From: Guillardia theta CCMP2712
Lineage: Eukaryota; Protista; Cryptophyta
Reading direction: 5' to 3'
Assembly (NCBI RefSeq): GCF_000315625.1
Contig: NW_005434639.1
Location: 1 to 64,000, forward strand
Length of the DNA: 64,000 bases
A program made the position numbers and the translations under genes. Every line of letters begins with the position of its first letter. The stretch's first letter is position 1. Of this stretch, positions 42,421-59,121 are shown in pieces. The notes below the pieces were generated by a model, which saw only the letters and a program-made list of their open reading frames with translations, did not search any database and was not told where the DNA came from.

Positions 42421-43922
42421 CTCGCTACATGCACGAGCGAAAAATGCTTATGCTCGAAGAGCATCACGGTTCTGATCAAATAGTCCTGCGAGGCAGCATT
42501 ACATTACAATCGAAAGAACTTTGTCCTGGTTTCTAACGAAAAGATTGTTTGTTAACTAACCCAATTGTAGGCTTGTATTCTAAGCAAAATATTTCTTAGA
42601 CCATATCAATGCCTTAACTCAAAAGAATCATCGACGAATTCACACAGATTAGTATCCCCTGTCTGCTCTCTTAAATTCTACCCCCTCATCCCACTCACCC
42701 AGCATTTCTCTGGTGCTTTCCCCTTTGCCCTTCTGCTTTCCCCTCTCCTGCTCCTCCTAATCCTGCTCTCTCCTTGTCTCTCCCGACCCTCCATAACCTT
42801 CTTCACGCCTCTTGGCCACATGTTTTGTTGTACCCGAGCTCGCCTCAGCTTTCTAATCGTTTGTGGCCCTCATCCGGCCCGTGGCCAGTTTCTGGCATGG
42901 CGCGGCAACTTGCGGCGCCAACAGACCACCCACCCTTGACATGTTTAGACACCGGGGGTTTTTAAAACATTTTATCAGAAAAACTGCGCATTTTAATTGC
43001 TCTTTTTTAACTTACTCAGAGCAGTGATGTACGGCCGATACAACGATTATAATGTTATCAAGCTGTACTATTCGCAGATGATATAAAAACTACATAATTT
43101 AATTCCTATGCACTAGCCTGGTAGCGTGCCAATGGTATTACAATTATATATATAACTCTTATACTGAGTATGCGGAGACAAAAATGTACCGAATGGCAGA
43201 CTATCTACACTGAAAATATTTTTAAAGTTTACCTGTCAAAAATCTATACCAGTAATCTTGGGAAAAAAATGGATGTGTACTTGAGAAGGGTGTGGTACTA
43301 ATACCCTGGTACCCGTAGTAACGACTTTCAAAATCGAGGGGTGGATGTGCCGCGAATGGCGATTGGCGAAGGAGCCAGAGGCCATGGAGGAGAATTCAAG
43401 GGGAGCTGAGGAAAGGGAGACATATAGGTGGATCAAGGAGCGAGACTCCAGAAGACTGTTGAAGAGGAAAGGAGCTGTTCCCGGTAGCAGGCGTGAAAGA
43501 CTTGAGGTTAAATTAGTAGAGAAGAAGAAAGACTAGACCTGGGTTGGAAGGAGAAGCCTCGGATAGGAGTGTGTCCATCATGCCTGCTTCGATCTATTGA
43601 AGTGTGTGTGTGATAGCAACATATTTGAATTAGACACACGGAAATTGAGCTTTGTGCAACTAGAAGCCAACCCATTGGATCCATCGGAACCTGTTTCTGA
43701 ATCTGATTCTTCTTTCTGGATCAGGCGTCACCTTGCACTCGTCGCAGTCTGCCATGATGTGAGGTGAACCTATGCAGTGTATCAATTGCTGACTTCATTC
43801 TCCACAGACCGGCACTGAATTTAACTGACAAGAATCATTATGCACTCTCTCCGGATTCCAAAAGCCGACCTGCAAGGCAGTGCTTGTCTGATCACGGCAA
43901 TCTCTTCACTCCCAGGACTGAA

Positions 43923-45162
43923 ATGCACAAACCGACTGTCCCCAGGATAATCGAGCAGAATGAATTCACTGTGATGAATCTTTGAAAGTCCTCCCTGTTC
44001 GTTTGATCTTCGTCGCAGGTTCACAAACTGCTCGGCAGGGGCACACAGGGCAAGGTATGGGAAGCGACACTGCACAAGATGAACAAGAAGGTTGTGGTGA
44101 AAGCTGTTCACAACCACCCCAAGTTCAGACCAGTTACCAAGTCTTCAAACAAGAGTTCCGTCCCTCGACAAGCCGATGCAGCACCGTATAATTCCTGCTG
44201 CGCATTTTTCCTTCAGGCCTTCAGAAATGAACTCTGCACCCTCGAGTCCCTCGGCAGTCATCCCAACATCGTCAAGCTCCTCGGTCGTTCAAGTGATTGC
44301 ACGTCCATTGTGCTTGAAATGGCAGAAAACGATCTGCATACAATCATATCCACCCGAGGAAGTCAGCTCGACCTGTCATCAATCAAGCGTTGGTCGCAGA
44401 ACATCTTGGAAGGGGTGGCCTACCTGCACAACATGGGGGTGATTCTCTCTTCAACTCTTCGCTCTCTGACATGAATCTCAGGTCACCCACACCGACTTGA
44501 AGCCAGAAAATGTCCTGATATCACCTGACAAGGTTGCTAAGATATGTGACTTTGGGATCGCTCAACGCGGAATACCTGGAGGCTCATGGTTCGTTGCCTC
44601 TGAGATCACCACGCTGTGGTATCGGGCGCCGGAGCTGTTGATGGGGGCTCGCACCTTCGATCAGATGGTCGACTTGTGGGCTGTCGGGTGTATCCTGGTG
44701 GAGATGCTGTATGGCAAGCCCTTGTTCAAAGGTCAACTCAATACCGTGTGCAAATGCCCTGAGGCGACACATCGCAACTTCAACTCCGATCAGCTCGCAA
44801 AGATTTTTGCAATCGCTGGCTCGCCGAAAACGTTTGAGGGACTTGAGTGCGTCAACCACTTTCAAAGCTGGCCAAAATATGCGCGGAGGATCGACGAGAT
44901 TGTGAGTGCAGTCTGTGAGCTTTCGATGTTGACTTTTGCCGTCACTCAGGTTTACTCGTTGCACAAGAACAAGAGGGTCGTGCGCGACATCAAGAATCAA
45001 GGGTCAAAGCAGGAGCCTTCAGGCAGTGACTGGGTCGAAGTCATTAGCGGGTTGCTTCGCCTCAATCCGCGCGAGCGCTACAGTGCTCGTCATGCTCTTA
45101 CCAAGCGCTTGTTCGGACAGCAGGCGGCCAAGTTCTTCATGAAGCTGCAAGGCATCGCGTAA
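43923..45162 (+). CDS. CDK/CMGC-like Ser/Thr kinase (multi-exon; start may lie further upstream)
   Basis: GRGTQGK, VVVKAV, HPNIVKL, HTDLKPEN, DFG, TLWYRAPELLMG, DLWAVGC. Confidence 0.9.
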
Positions 45163-47186
45163 AGTTTCTTGCCACGTCTTGACAGTCGAAGTCTCATGTA
45201 ATAGTATTGTTTGTGCATAACTCTTCATGCGAACGTCAGCCTTACTCGGATGTTCTTCTCCTTCCATTCGCCACCTGATGTTCCTCCGGAAACCAGCGAG
45301 TTTGATTGTTTGTGTACACATATTTCATTTATTGACGAAACAAAAATTATTGAGTTTGTGCTAGAGTTTCAGTTTGCTTTCTACGCCATACGAGCCTCCC
45401 GGCTAGAATTTTCCCCTTCAGTTGGCAGTCGCTATGTCATACACACATGCTCATGCTGTGACACTCCTTGGGAAACTTTTCCCTCGGAGTACTTTCAAAA
45501 TCATTGCCTGTGTCAAAATCCTCCCCATGCATTATATCCAGAAAATCCATTGTTGAGTTGTTGAAGATCATGAACGATATCACATCATCTGAAAAAGAAA
45601 CGGATCTGCTAATTGATTTCTTCTGTTTCAAATTCGAGAGAGAAGCAATTCTTACTATCTTCTTCTGCAAAGTCTTCTGCTTCTTCTTCTCCATGATGAA
45701 GGAGTGATTCATCAACCGATTCGAGACCAAATTCATCTGAGAGTGGAAGCTTACTGAATGTTCATCGTTCCAGTCCAGCCGACCATTTCTGTTCACTACT
45801 CGCATCTTTTTCAGCGTGTCTAGATCAGAATCCATTCGCTGGTCCAGAGAATCAGCCTTGACCATCCGATTGCCCATTTCGAATTTCAAGTCAGCTACAA
45901 AGATGTTGATACTTTATTGGTTGCAGTGCTGCCTGTCAACGTCGCCTAAAAAGCAAAAAGATTATTCGACATCAAAACGATCTCATTTTGAGGATTCCTC
46001 GGTATCGTTTCCTTTCTCTTCATTGTTCAACTCTATGCAAGATACCTCTCAGTCTCACTCCAGGCATAGTAATCTATGTTAAGCAACTCCTCCGCGTATT
46101 CATTTGCACAGATATAATCTTTTTCTTTCAGATTTTCTACACTTCTCTCAAGACAATAATGGAAGAAAACACCTCTGCGTCACAATTCCATATTCCCTTG
46201 TCCTGTTCTCCGAGTTGACTTAAATCGTTCTCCATTGCCTTTCTCACGCCCGTTAATCCCCTCAATGTTGTTCTGTCCACTTCCTTTTCTTCCTTGATGA
46301 TTTGCCCTCTATCCCCTCTCTCCTCTCCTCTCCTCTCCTCTCCTCTCCTCTTCTTCTTATCATATCTCATCGCATCGCATCCTCAACTCTCCTGTCTTTC
46401 TATCCCTCGTCTCACTTCCACACTCTCCGATGGCCTTGCCCCACCACCACTTACGGACCCGAACCTACCCCTGTTTCCAGAGTACCCTTCATTTGACCCA
46501 CTACTACCCCCACATTGAGAAGGTGGCCTACCCTATATCTAAACGAGGGACATGCTTTTAAAACCGAGATTCCTCTTCTACCCCTGATTTTAATTGATAT
46601 TTTGGGGGTAGGGGTGATTTCGAGATGTCAAGTGGGGAACTTTTAGCATGGAGATTCCAACTGGTCAGATTTGGTGGAGTCCTTTGTAGGCCCTGAGGGG
46701 TGGGGGTACCCACCACTGGTACTTGACACCCCCATAAGGTTCGATTGTAGGTGGGGTACATTCGTCCCACAAGGGTGTAGAACCCTGGAGGTTCCCTGTA
46801 AGGGCCAACAATGGAGGATCATTTGAAGCGTTGAGATATCTCAACGCTTTCTGAGTTTGTTCCTGATAACCCCACCTATGATTTCCCGTAGTTTTTGAGT
46901 TGAACGTACCGGTAGTCCTGCTGTCCCTGTAGAGCTGCGGACCGGCACAGACCTTGAACGTGCCATCAACCTTATTGACCCGTTACGGCAGTTGAAAGCA
47001 GTTGAATAAGCTCTTGAAACCGTTACACCGTGCCGACCGGATCAGGCTGATATGGCTCGGAACCGATGACCGGGGCAGGCTGATCAAGGCCGTCACGGGC
47101 GGCCGGGCCCCGGGCCCGGAAGAGACTGGCGGCATCAGGTATTAAAAAAGGAGGTCAACTTGTGGCAGTGACCGTCGGACGGGACA

Positions 47187-50100
47187 TGACAGTGGTCGAT
47201 GCGATGGAGGGAGGATGGGGCGAGGGGAGGCTGAGGAGGCGATGCATGCTGCTGGGGATGAAGGCAGAGCGGTCAGTTGACAGAAGACTCTACTTCATCC
47301 AGGGCGAGCTCCTCCACCGATCCTTCGTGCTACGGGAGCCCTTGTGGGTGGGGATGACTTTGAGAGTCTGCCTACACAACAGGGACGAGCCAAGGGGGAC
47401 AGGTAGTAGCGAGGAGGTAGGAGAAGTGACGTCTCAGCTTGCGGATGACGTTGAGTGGGATGAGTGGGACTTGCAGTGGGAGGTGGGCGATGGGAGCGCT
47501 CGCTGCATCAAGGAGATATGGAAGCTGCCGTCCTCAGTTCATCTTGCGCGAGAGGGTAGCCTGAGTCAGGCCGCATTGATGGCGGAGCGAGAAGTCATGA
47601 CCCATGTCGCTGCTCTTCATCACTCGCCAACGCTCCTTCCCCTCGTGCGGCAGAGAATCTCCTTCCTCCTGAACGCTGCTGCTCTCGAGGTGTCCGAAGA
47701 GAGCCTGGATGAAAGTGTCCCTCTGCTGCTGCGCGCGGAGGAGCTGACGAGACACTCGAGCGGGAAGGACAGTTGCTGTCTCTGTGAGCAAAGGACTTCC
47801 AGGAGAAGGAAGACCACCACCTGCAGGAGGACGCGATTGAGGATCTGGACGCTTGTGAACCTGGCGGACATTTTTAGGAGGAAGGGACTGCTGGCATCGT
47901 CCAAGAAGCACCTGCAGCAGGCAGTGGAGATGACGATCGAGTACTTGAGCATGGGTGCATGAGGATGCTCTGAAAGGTTTACCTCAGGTCAGGAGAAGGA
48001 AAGATCTGCTCCTGCCTCCCCTCCGACCGTGCCTCTGTCTTGATCAACCAGGTGCTCTCTGTTGGGCCCTCGTTCACGGTCTGAAACGAGCTTACAGGCC
48101 TCGTTGCTGATCACGATGAGAAACTACGAGGACGCTCTCCGCTGCTGCGAGAAGGCGCTCTACGACCTCAAGGTGCTCCTCCATCTCCAACTGACAACCA
48201 GCTGCAACTGACTGCGCGCCAGGCCGAGTGGCTCTGGGCCAAGGGCTCGCTGCTGATTCTTGGACAAGAAGACCTGCAAGTTCCTGAGAGCGTGAAGCCA
48301 ACGCTCGACCTGACGATCCTGACGGACCTGACCGTCTGCATGTACAACGCGGGAATATGCCACGAGCAGCTCTTCCTCCCAGACGAAGCACTGCAGAACT
48401 TCTCCTACTGTCTTGCTCTGCTGCGGATGCTGCCGAGGTGGCATCCCTTCAAGGACTACCTGGAGAAAGTGAGCTCGATAAGCTGCTCGTCAGGCCAGGA
48501 CTCAAGTTGGTCACCTGCAGGTTCTTCCGGGAAAGGAGGCGATCGCAACGCAGATGCGAAGGCTGCAGGAGCAGGTGAAAGAGTGGGAGATGAGCTTGAC
48601 CTGATGAGTTTCAGCGACTTTCTCGTACGCCTGAGAAGCAGGCAAAGAAATCCTCAAGGCTCGTGCATTTCCAGTGAGTCGGCGGGAGAGGGCGGAGAAG
48701 AGCGAGGAAGGGGAGGTGGGGGTGGGGGGGAGTCAGGACTCAGGCAAAGAGAGGAGCAGAAGTGAAGTCAGGAGCGACCTTTTGCGCTTATTCCCAAGCA
48801 GGGAGGAGCAAGCAGCAGCCGACTTCATCGACGTCGTGAAGGACGCGAGCTCGTATGAAGGCGGGCCGCACCGGATGGAGCTGGTGGATAGAATCCGAAG
48901 CTCGGGAGCCACGAGCTCCTCTCTGGACTGCTTCCCTCCGGGTTGGCTCGAGCTTGAAAACTCCTCGCACCCCAGCGGCCCACCAGCAGAGTCTGTCGGT
49001 AACAGGAGGAGACGCCAAGCCTGAGGATGACGCTACTCCTGCTGCAGATGAGGACTTGCTCTCTTGGCACTGCGACTTGTCCTCGCCCATGCCCTTCGAT
49101 CGCTCATCCGTTCCCATCAAGACGACTAGGACGCGACCAGGACAGCCCCGTCGTCGGCCGCAGGAGGAAGGAGAAGGAAGGGGAAGATTGCAGGTAGAGA
49201 CGGCGCGATGGATCGAAGACTTGAACCGCAGGGAGGAACGGGGGGGAGGAAAGGAGGAGGGGAGAGGAGTACAGCAGGCGGCGGGTAGAGCACAGAAGGA
49301 AAGGAGGGGAGTGCTGGGGAAGGAAGATGAAGGCAAGAAAGCGTCAGGTGAGATTGAGGAGGGGGGAGGACCTGAGCGAGTCGATGAGGTTGTTTACAGG
49401 AGAGCAAGAGCATACAACAGGCAAGGGGATGGTGGAGCAGCGGGTGAACGGACAAGTGGAGGAAGAGGAAGAGGAGGAGGAGGAGGAGGAGGAGGAGCAG
49501 CAGCAGCAGCAGACAGGGGAAGAAATTGATGTCGACTATGTCGAGCAGGGGGACGCTGGAGATGAGGACAAGTACTTGCGCAGCAGTGAACATCGGCATA
49601 TGTCGCCGAGGGTAACGAGGGGAGGGATAGCAGATAGAAGGATCGAAGAACAGCTGGCGAGTAGCTCGCTGCTCCATGGAGCCGCCGCCATAATTCAGTG
49701 CTCTTACCGCACGCATCGCGCGCGAGTTGAGACGCGGTGGATCTTCTGGATGAAGTTTGCATGCAAGATCCAGGTTGACTCTTTTTGCACATCTCCTGTC
49801 AACTCTCTAACCTTTTGCTTCTTCTGCATCCCCTCCTTCTTACCTGCTCTCCTCGACCTCGACCTTCTCCTCCTCCCTCAGGCTGCGTACAGGTGCCACG
49901 TAGCTCGACTAGAGCTTCACAGGATGAGTCTCAGCCGCCGAGCGACACCAGCTGAGACCTCGCGGCCAGTCTCAGGGACCGTCCGGCTGCTCCGGGAGTT
50001 GACCAGGAGGAAGCGACAGCTCGAGCATCTGAGGGCCCTGCAGGAGCCTGAGGGGGAGCCTGATATTCTGATATGCCAGTGACTGACGTCCGATCAGCAT
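47187..50100 (+). CDS. TPR-like and IQ-motif-containing hypothetical protein (multi-exon)
   Basis: TLVNLADIFRRKG, MYNAGICHEQL TPR-like helices; IIQCSYRTHRAR and KIQ/AAYRCHVAR IQ motifs. Confidence 0.6.
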
Positions 50101-50636
50101 CATTTGAATAAATTTAGAGTCCGTGCCATTGGCCGACTCGAATGATCAAGTTTTCAGTCACACTACTTCAGGGTCAATGGCGGGCCCCGGCGAGTCAGTG
50201 TTTCAACCGGGCCTTGCCAGCCGCCGGTCGACTGGCACCGTGGCCGGGACGGTGGCAGATCCGGCCCGGGCCGATTTTTCAAGTATTTTTACCGGCGTAA
50301 ACGGTTTTCAACGGCGATCTTCCTTCCCAAAAAGGAAAGCGAGGGGGGCATGCAAAAAGCGGGAGGGCAGGGAGGAAGGGAGGGAGAAAGAGAGGGAGGA
50401 AGGACGAGGGGACGCGAGCGAGGAGGCGACATGGTTAATGGAATGAGAGAAGCAGACAGGAAAGTCGATGTGAACTACCCGGAGAGAGACGAAATCAACC
50501 GAAGTAGATGATAGCAATCAAAGCAGAATGAGTTTGGTTTCACTTCTCAAACATCTATCGTACTTCTTGTTTGTATCTCATTCATCACTGTCTTGTATCC
50601 TTGTTCTGAAACTCTCACTCTCTCAGGCAACGCAGG

Positions 50637-54350
<3,714 letters not shown>

Positions 54351-54424
54351 GAAGTATGTAAAGTATGTAGCCGATGACAGGTCATGTCACGTTCCACCTT
54401 GTCCTTGTCCTTGTCCTTGTCCTT

Positions 54425-54466
<42 letters not shown>

Positions 54467-54839
54467 CTCCTGGCGACTTTCTCCAACCCTCTTACTCGCT
54501 CTCCTTCCGTTCTTCTCTCCTTTGCCTTCACTTCTTGGCCTTGCCCGATCGAGCCAGAGCTACCTGTAATGATGTCAGTCATGTGAGAATGCTTGCGGGA
54601 AGAGGAGGACGAGGAGGAGGACGAGGAGGAGGACGAGGACGAGAACAAGGAGAGAAAGGCACAGAACGAGCTGAAAGCGAACAGACAAAATGAAGAATGG
54701 AGGGAAGGCAAGAGAGAGGAGCGGGGGAGTGGGGGGGGGGGTGGGGGGGTTAGGGGTTAGTAGGGGTAGGGGTAGGGAGGAAGGGTCGGGTCGGGGTAGG
54801 GGGAAGGGGAGGTAAGGTAACGGTACCGGTAACGGTACC

Positions 54840-54939
54840 NNNNNNNNNNNNNNNNNNNNNNNNNNNNNNNNNNNNNNNNNNNNNNNNNNNNNNNNNNNNN
54901 NNNNNNNNNNNNNNNNNNNNNNNNNNNNNNNNNNNNNNN
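54840..54939. other. Assembly gap (N run)
   Basis: Ns. Confidence 1.
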
Positions 54940-54959
54940 AAAGATGGGACTGGACAGAA

Positions 54960-55884
54960 CAAGGATCGTAGCACTGAGTGGACCATGAAAGAATCAAATG
55001 GAAGAGCTGGAGGAGGGGGGCCGGGGCCGGGGCCGGGGCAGGAGCAGGAGCAGCAGGAGCAGCAGCAGGAGCAGCAGCAGGAGCAGCAGCAGAAGCAGCA
55101 GCAGGAGCAGGAGTTGAGACCTCCTCCTCGTGAAGGGCTGGAAGATTGTCTTGCGATATTTCGAGCAGCCTCGATCGAGGTGTCGCTGGGGCTGCTGGCG
55201 AAGCCGAAGGGTCTGAGCTTGAAGTAGAAAACTCTCCCTGCCCGTAGCACGCCAACTTCCACCTCCTGCCCCAGCTTGCAAGCGTCGAACATGCGCATGA
55301 CTTCCTCTCCCTGCATGTTCGGCCTTGAGATGTCGTCTTTGTCGATCTCCTGCTCCTGACTTCACCTGCTCCTCCTTCTCTCCTCCTTCCCTGACTTACG
55401 AAGATCATGTCCCCAACCTCCAACCCGGCGTTGCTCGCCGCTCCTCCTCGATCCAGGTCCGTCACCCTCACTCCTGGGCGCAAGATGTCAAGAGGAGCAG
55501 GAGCAGAAGCAGAAGATACCTCCTTTGGTACAGGCAAACGTCAGCCCAAGTTCTCCGCGCGCCCCCGGTGAAGTTTCTTTGGAATCGTGTTGCTGAAGAC
55601 CAACAGTGTTATGGTGTAAGACCTGTTTTCAACTTCCCCCTCCTGCTCCTCTCCCCCAAACCCACTCTCGCTTCCACCTCTCTCCCACACCCTTCCTCGA
55701 CTCCACCCGCTCGCCCCCCCCCCCCCCCTCTTCCTCCAATAAAGGCGTAAGTGGCCTCTTGCCATTTCTGAAGGATGAAGCTCTTGGATCTCTGCAGCGG
55801 CAAGCAGTCAGAGCAGAACAGGGGCAGCCGTATCCTGCTTTCCTCATACATTCTCCCCTGCTCTTCCACATAGCAATCTCCCAT
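54960..55884 (-). CDS. PDZ-domain protein (multi-exon, runs into the gap)
   Basis: GVRVTDLDRGGAASNAGLEVGDMI...GQEVEVGVLR. Confidence 0.65.
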
Positions 55885-56081
55885 GTAAAATGCTGTGCTC
55901 AATTCAATCTACATACCCTTCTCTCCTCTACTGATCTTCCCCTATCTCCTCTCCTCTCCTCTCCTCTCCTCTCCTCCCTCCCTTCCCTTCCCCTCTCTTC
56001 GCCTTCAACTGCGCTATCCCTTGCGATGACTGCTCATAGCTCTTCCTCCATTCTCCCCGCTTCACCGTAAAAACACATGGT

Positions 56082-56163
56082 GGGGTTCCTTATAACGGAT
56101 TGTCAACAGGGGGTTCCTTATAACGGATTGTCAACAGGGGGTTCCTTATAACGGATTGTCAAC
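56082..56163. repeat. 28-bp tandem repeat (GGGGTTCCTTATAACGGATTGTCAACAG) x3
   Basis: Read directly; no spacers. Confidence 0.92.
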
Positions 56164-56733
56164 GGGCGGGCAGGGCCCGCCGCCGGGTCCGACTGGCAGT
56201 GGGCCAGTCACAGTCCGGTCTGGCAAAGTGCGCTTTGCCACAGCCTGAGAAATCCAAGCATCCAGACATGAGAGAACCTGAGCTACTACTGATACCGTAC
56301 CGTCGGTAGTACTACGGTAGTACCGTACCGTCCAGAAAAATTTGCCACGGTGACTCCAGAAAAACTATATAACTAACCAAACAAGATCAACATGCCATTG
56401 AGCATGCCGCGGGCCCTGAGTAAACAGGGCCGTCACGGTCAGGCTCCCTCACGGTGACTCGGCGTCCTCTTCTCGCCATGTGGCCTGTGCGACAAAGTGT
56501 CAGGGTCAAGCGGCCTCCCGGAGTCCTCGCCTCTCCTGATTGTCCTCTTTTTAATTAGTCACTGCCTGAGTGCAACCCCGGGCCGGCGCCGGGCCCGGGG
56601 CCGGCCGCGGCCGAAAAAGCCTTGTAGTCAACTATGTGAGGCCTGTAGTGAAATTTATTCCTCAATCTCTTCAAGTACTATAGTCAATGTTCTTATAGTC
56701 AAGGCTGAGGCGCCGCGCGAAGAGCCGCGAAAG

Positions 56734-58345
56734 ATGGCGCTCTATGGCGCGATCGAAGAGGTGGAGGGACGAAAGGTGAGAGGAGGGGAGGAGAAGTGAG
56801 GACTCGAGGAGAGAGCAGGGGAGGGGGACAGAGGATAGGAGGAGAGATGACAGGAGGGAGGAGAGTAGAGGAGATGGAAATGTTGAGTTCTCTTAAGCAA
56901 GCAGGAGGGAGGAGAGTAAAGGAGTGGTAGAGTTCTCTTAGGTAAGATGCAATAGGAGTGGAGAGTTGTTCAGTGTTTGAGAAAGACTACAAGTTGATGT
57001 GAGAGGAGAGGAGAGGAGAGGAGAGAAACCAATGATGGAGAAGTAATCTATGAAGAGCGACGGATTCACGTCAAGCCAAGCACAGGGGAAAGGGAAAGGG
57101 AAGGAAGGGGATCGACTGCAAGGATGATTAATTTTGACTGAGAAATTGGTTGGAAATCGAATCATTGAATGAGATGCTCGAAGAGACCAGCAGAGGTGCT
57201 GAAGCGAGAGAAGTTGATGGGATGATGGAAAGGATGAACACAGATTGGTGATCTCCGTTGATTTTTTGTTTGTGCAGCTTCCACAGGCAAAGCGGACTCG
57301 AATGGCGCTTGCTGCACTAGGCAGCGCAGCAATTTTGATGTGCTTGATCGTCTTGGTGAGGACATCAGCCCATGGACCTTCGGCCCTGGTCGAGGAGGTC
57401 GACGGCTTGGAGCTCAATGCATATTTGACTCCAGACGAGGTCGAGGAGTTCAAAAAGGTAAAGGAGAGAGGAGGGGAATGGCTGCGTGGCTGAGCTTCGA
57501 GCAGCTTCGATCGGAGCAGGAGAAGTTGAACGCTCAGATTGACGACCTGGCCAAGAGAGAGGCCAAGATGCAGCCTGAAGATACCAAGGTCATCGTTCAA
57601 GTGGCTCCTCCAGGCCCCCCTGGCCCCGATGGTCCTCAGGGACCCGTCGGCGATAAGGTGAGAGCGTCGTACAAGCATCTCCTCCTCCTCCCGTTCTCCC
57701 CCTCCTCCTCCTCCTCCTTCCCACTTTCCCTCCTCCTCCTCAGCTCCCTCCTCCTCCTCTTGCTCGTCTCTGACTGTCTTGCAGGGCCTCAAGGGCGTCA
57801 CAGGACTTCTGGGCCCCATGGGCCGTCAGGGACCTCGCGGCCCTCAGGGCGACCAAGGACCTCAGGGGCCTCAGGGCCTTCAGGGATACCCGGGACCTCG
57901 GGGACCTCGTGGTGATCAGGGCCAGCAGGGTGTTGAAGGCCCACCGGGCGATCAAGGTGACGCAAACGAACCCCCCACCCAATCCCCGCCCTCCTCCTCC
58001 TCCTCGTTCACTCGTTCACTCTTGTTGTTTTTATCCGTTGTTTGCCTGCTTTCTCCCTGCGATTCTTCACCTCTCCTCTGCTCCTCTTGCCTGGCAGCTT
58101 TTTACTCCTCCCTCAGGCCCTCAAGGTCCTCGTGGAAACACTGGCGTTCAAGGCTTGCCCGGCCCCATGGGCAGCCCTGGAGGAGTTGGATCACCAGGAG
58201 CTCCTGGTAAGGAAGAGTCGGGGGACAGGGAAGGAGGGCAGAGGAGTCGAGGAAGAGGAGGAGTGTTGAGTTCCTGTGTTGATCTTTTACTGCAGGACCG
58301 GAGGGTTCTCAGGGTCCCCCGGGCAAGCAGGGACCAGCTGCTTAA
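56734..58345 (+). CDS. Type II membrane-anchored collagen-like protein (multi-exon)
   Basis: TM AALGSAAILMCLIVLV, short coiled coil, then G-X-Y exons (GPPGPDGPQGPVGDK; GPQGDQGPQG...). Confidence 0.8.
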
Positions 58346-58502
58346 CGACGCTTCCTTCAATGATCGCTGGCTGGAGGAGCGAGATGGAGTGAAGTGTAAA
58401 ATATTCGCACGACAGGACAGCCTGCACAGACTTTTCAACCATCATTACATTCTCAGCTCACTCTGCCTTTCCTGCCTCCATTTTTCCTCGAGCCTTCTAC
58501 CC

Positions 58503-59077
58503 TTAGGGCTTCTGATTGAGCTCGACGGCTAACAGGAGGCCTTCGTCGCTCATCACTGAGCTCTTCTCGACAACTTTCTCTGCCTTGTCAGCGCGCGGCT
58601 CGTCCTCGTGTGTCGTTCTCGAGCCGAAGGCTTCACGCTTGAAGATGCGAGGAGTGGACGGAGACTGCAGGTCAGGCTTGAGAACCTCCAGGCGAGACCC
58701 GCTGCGGGTGCGCAGGATCGAGCCGATGCTGTCTGAGCTCGTTCTGAGCAGCGACGGTCTCCCTGCCATCTTCATCGCTTGTCCTCTGAGTCCTCCTGCC
58801 GTCACGTCCTGCACCTCCTCCGGCTTGTCCGAGGAGAGTCGCATCAGTGCCGACACCTGCAGCATGTCAGAGAAGTGAAGGGGGGGAGGGGAGGAGGAGG
58901 AGACCCGTGGAGAGGCTGGTCGGCGAGGAGATGCTGGTCTGCGAGCTGAGAGAGGTCGTTCGAGCATGTTGCCATCGTGTCGGCATGCGGAAGAAGGACG
59001 CGAGTGAACCGGGACAGGCTCATCTCTTCCGATCATCTGAATCAGAAAGGAGTCAAAAACACCTCCTGTACTCCCCG

Positions 59078-59121
<44 letters not shown>

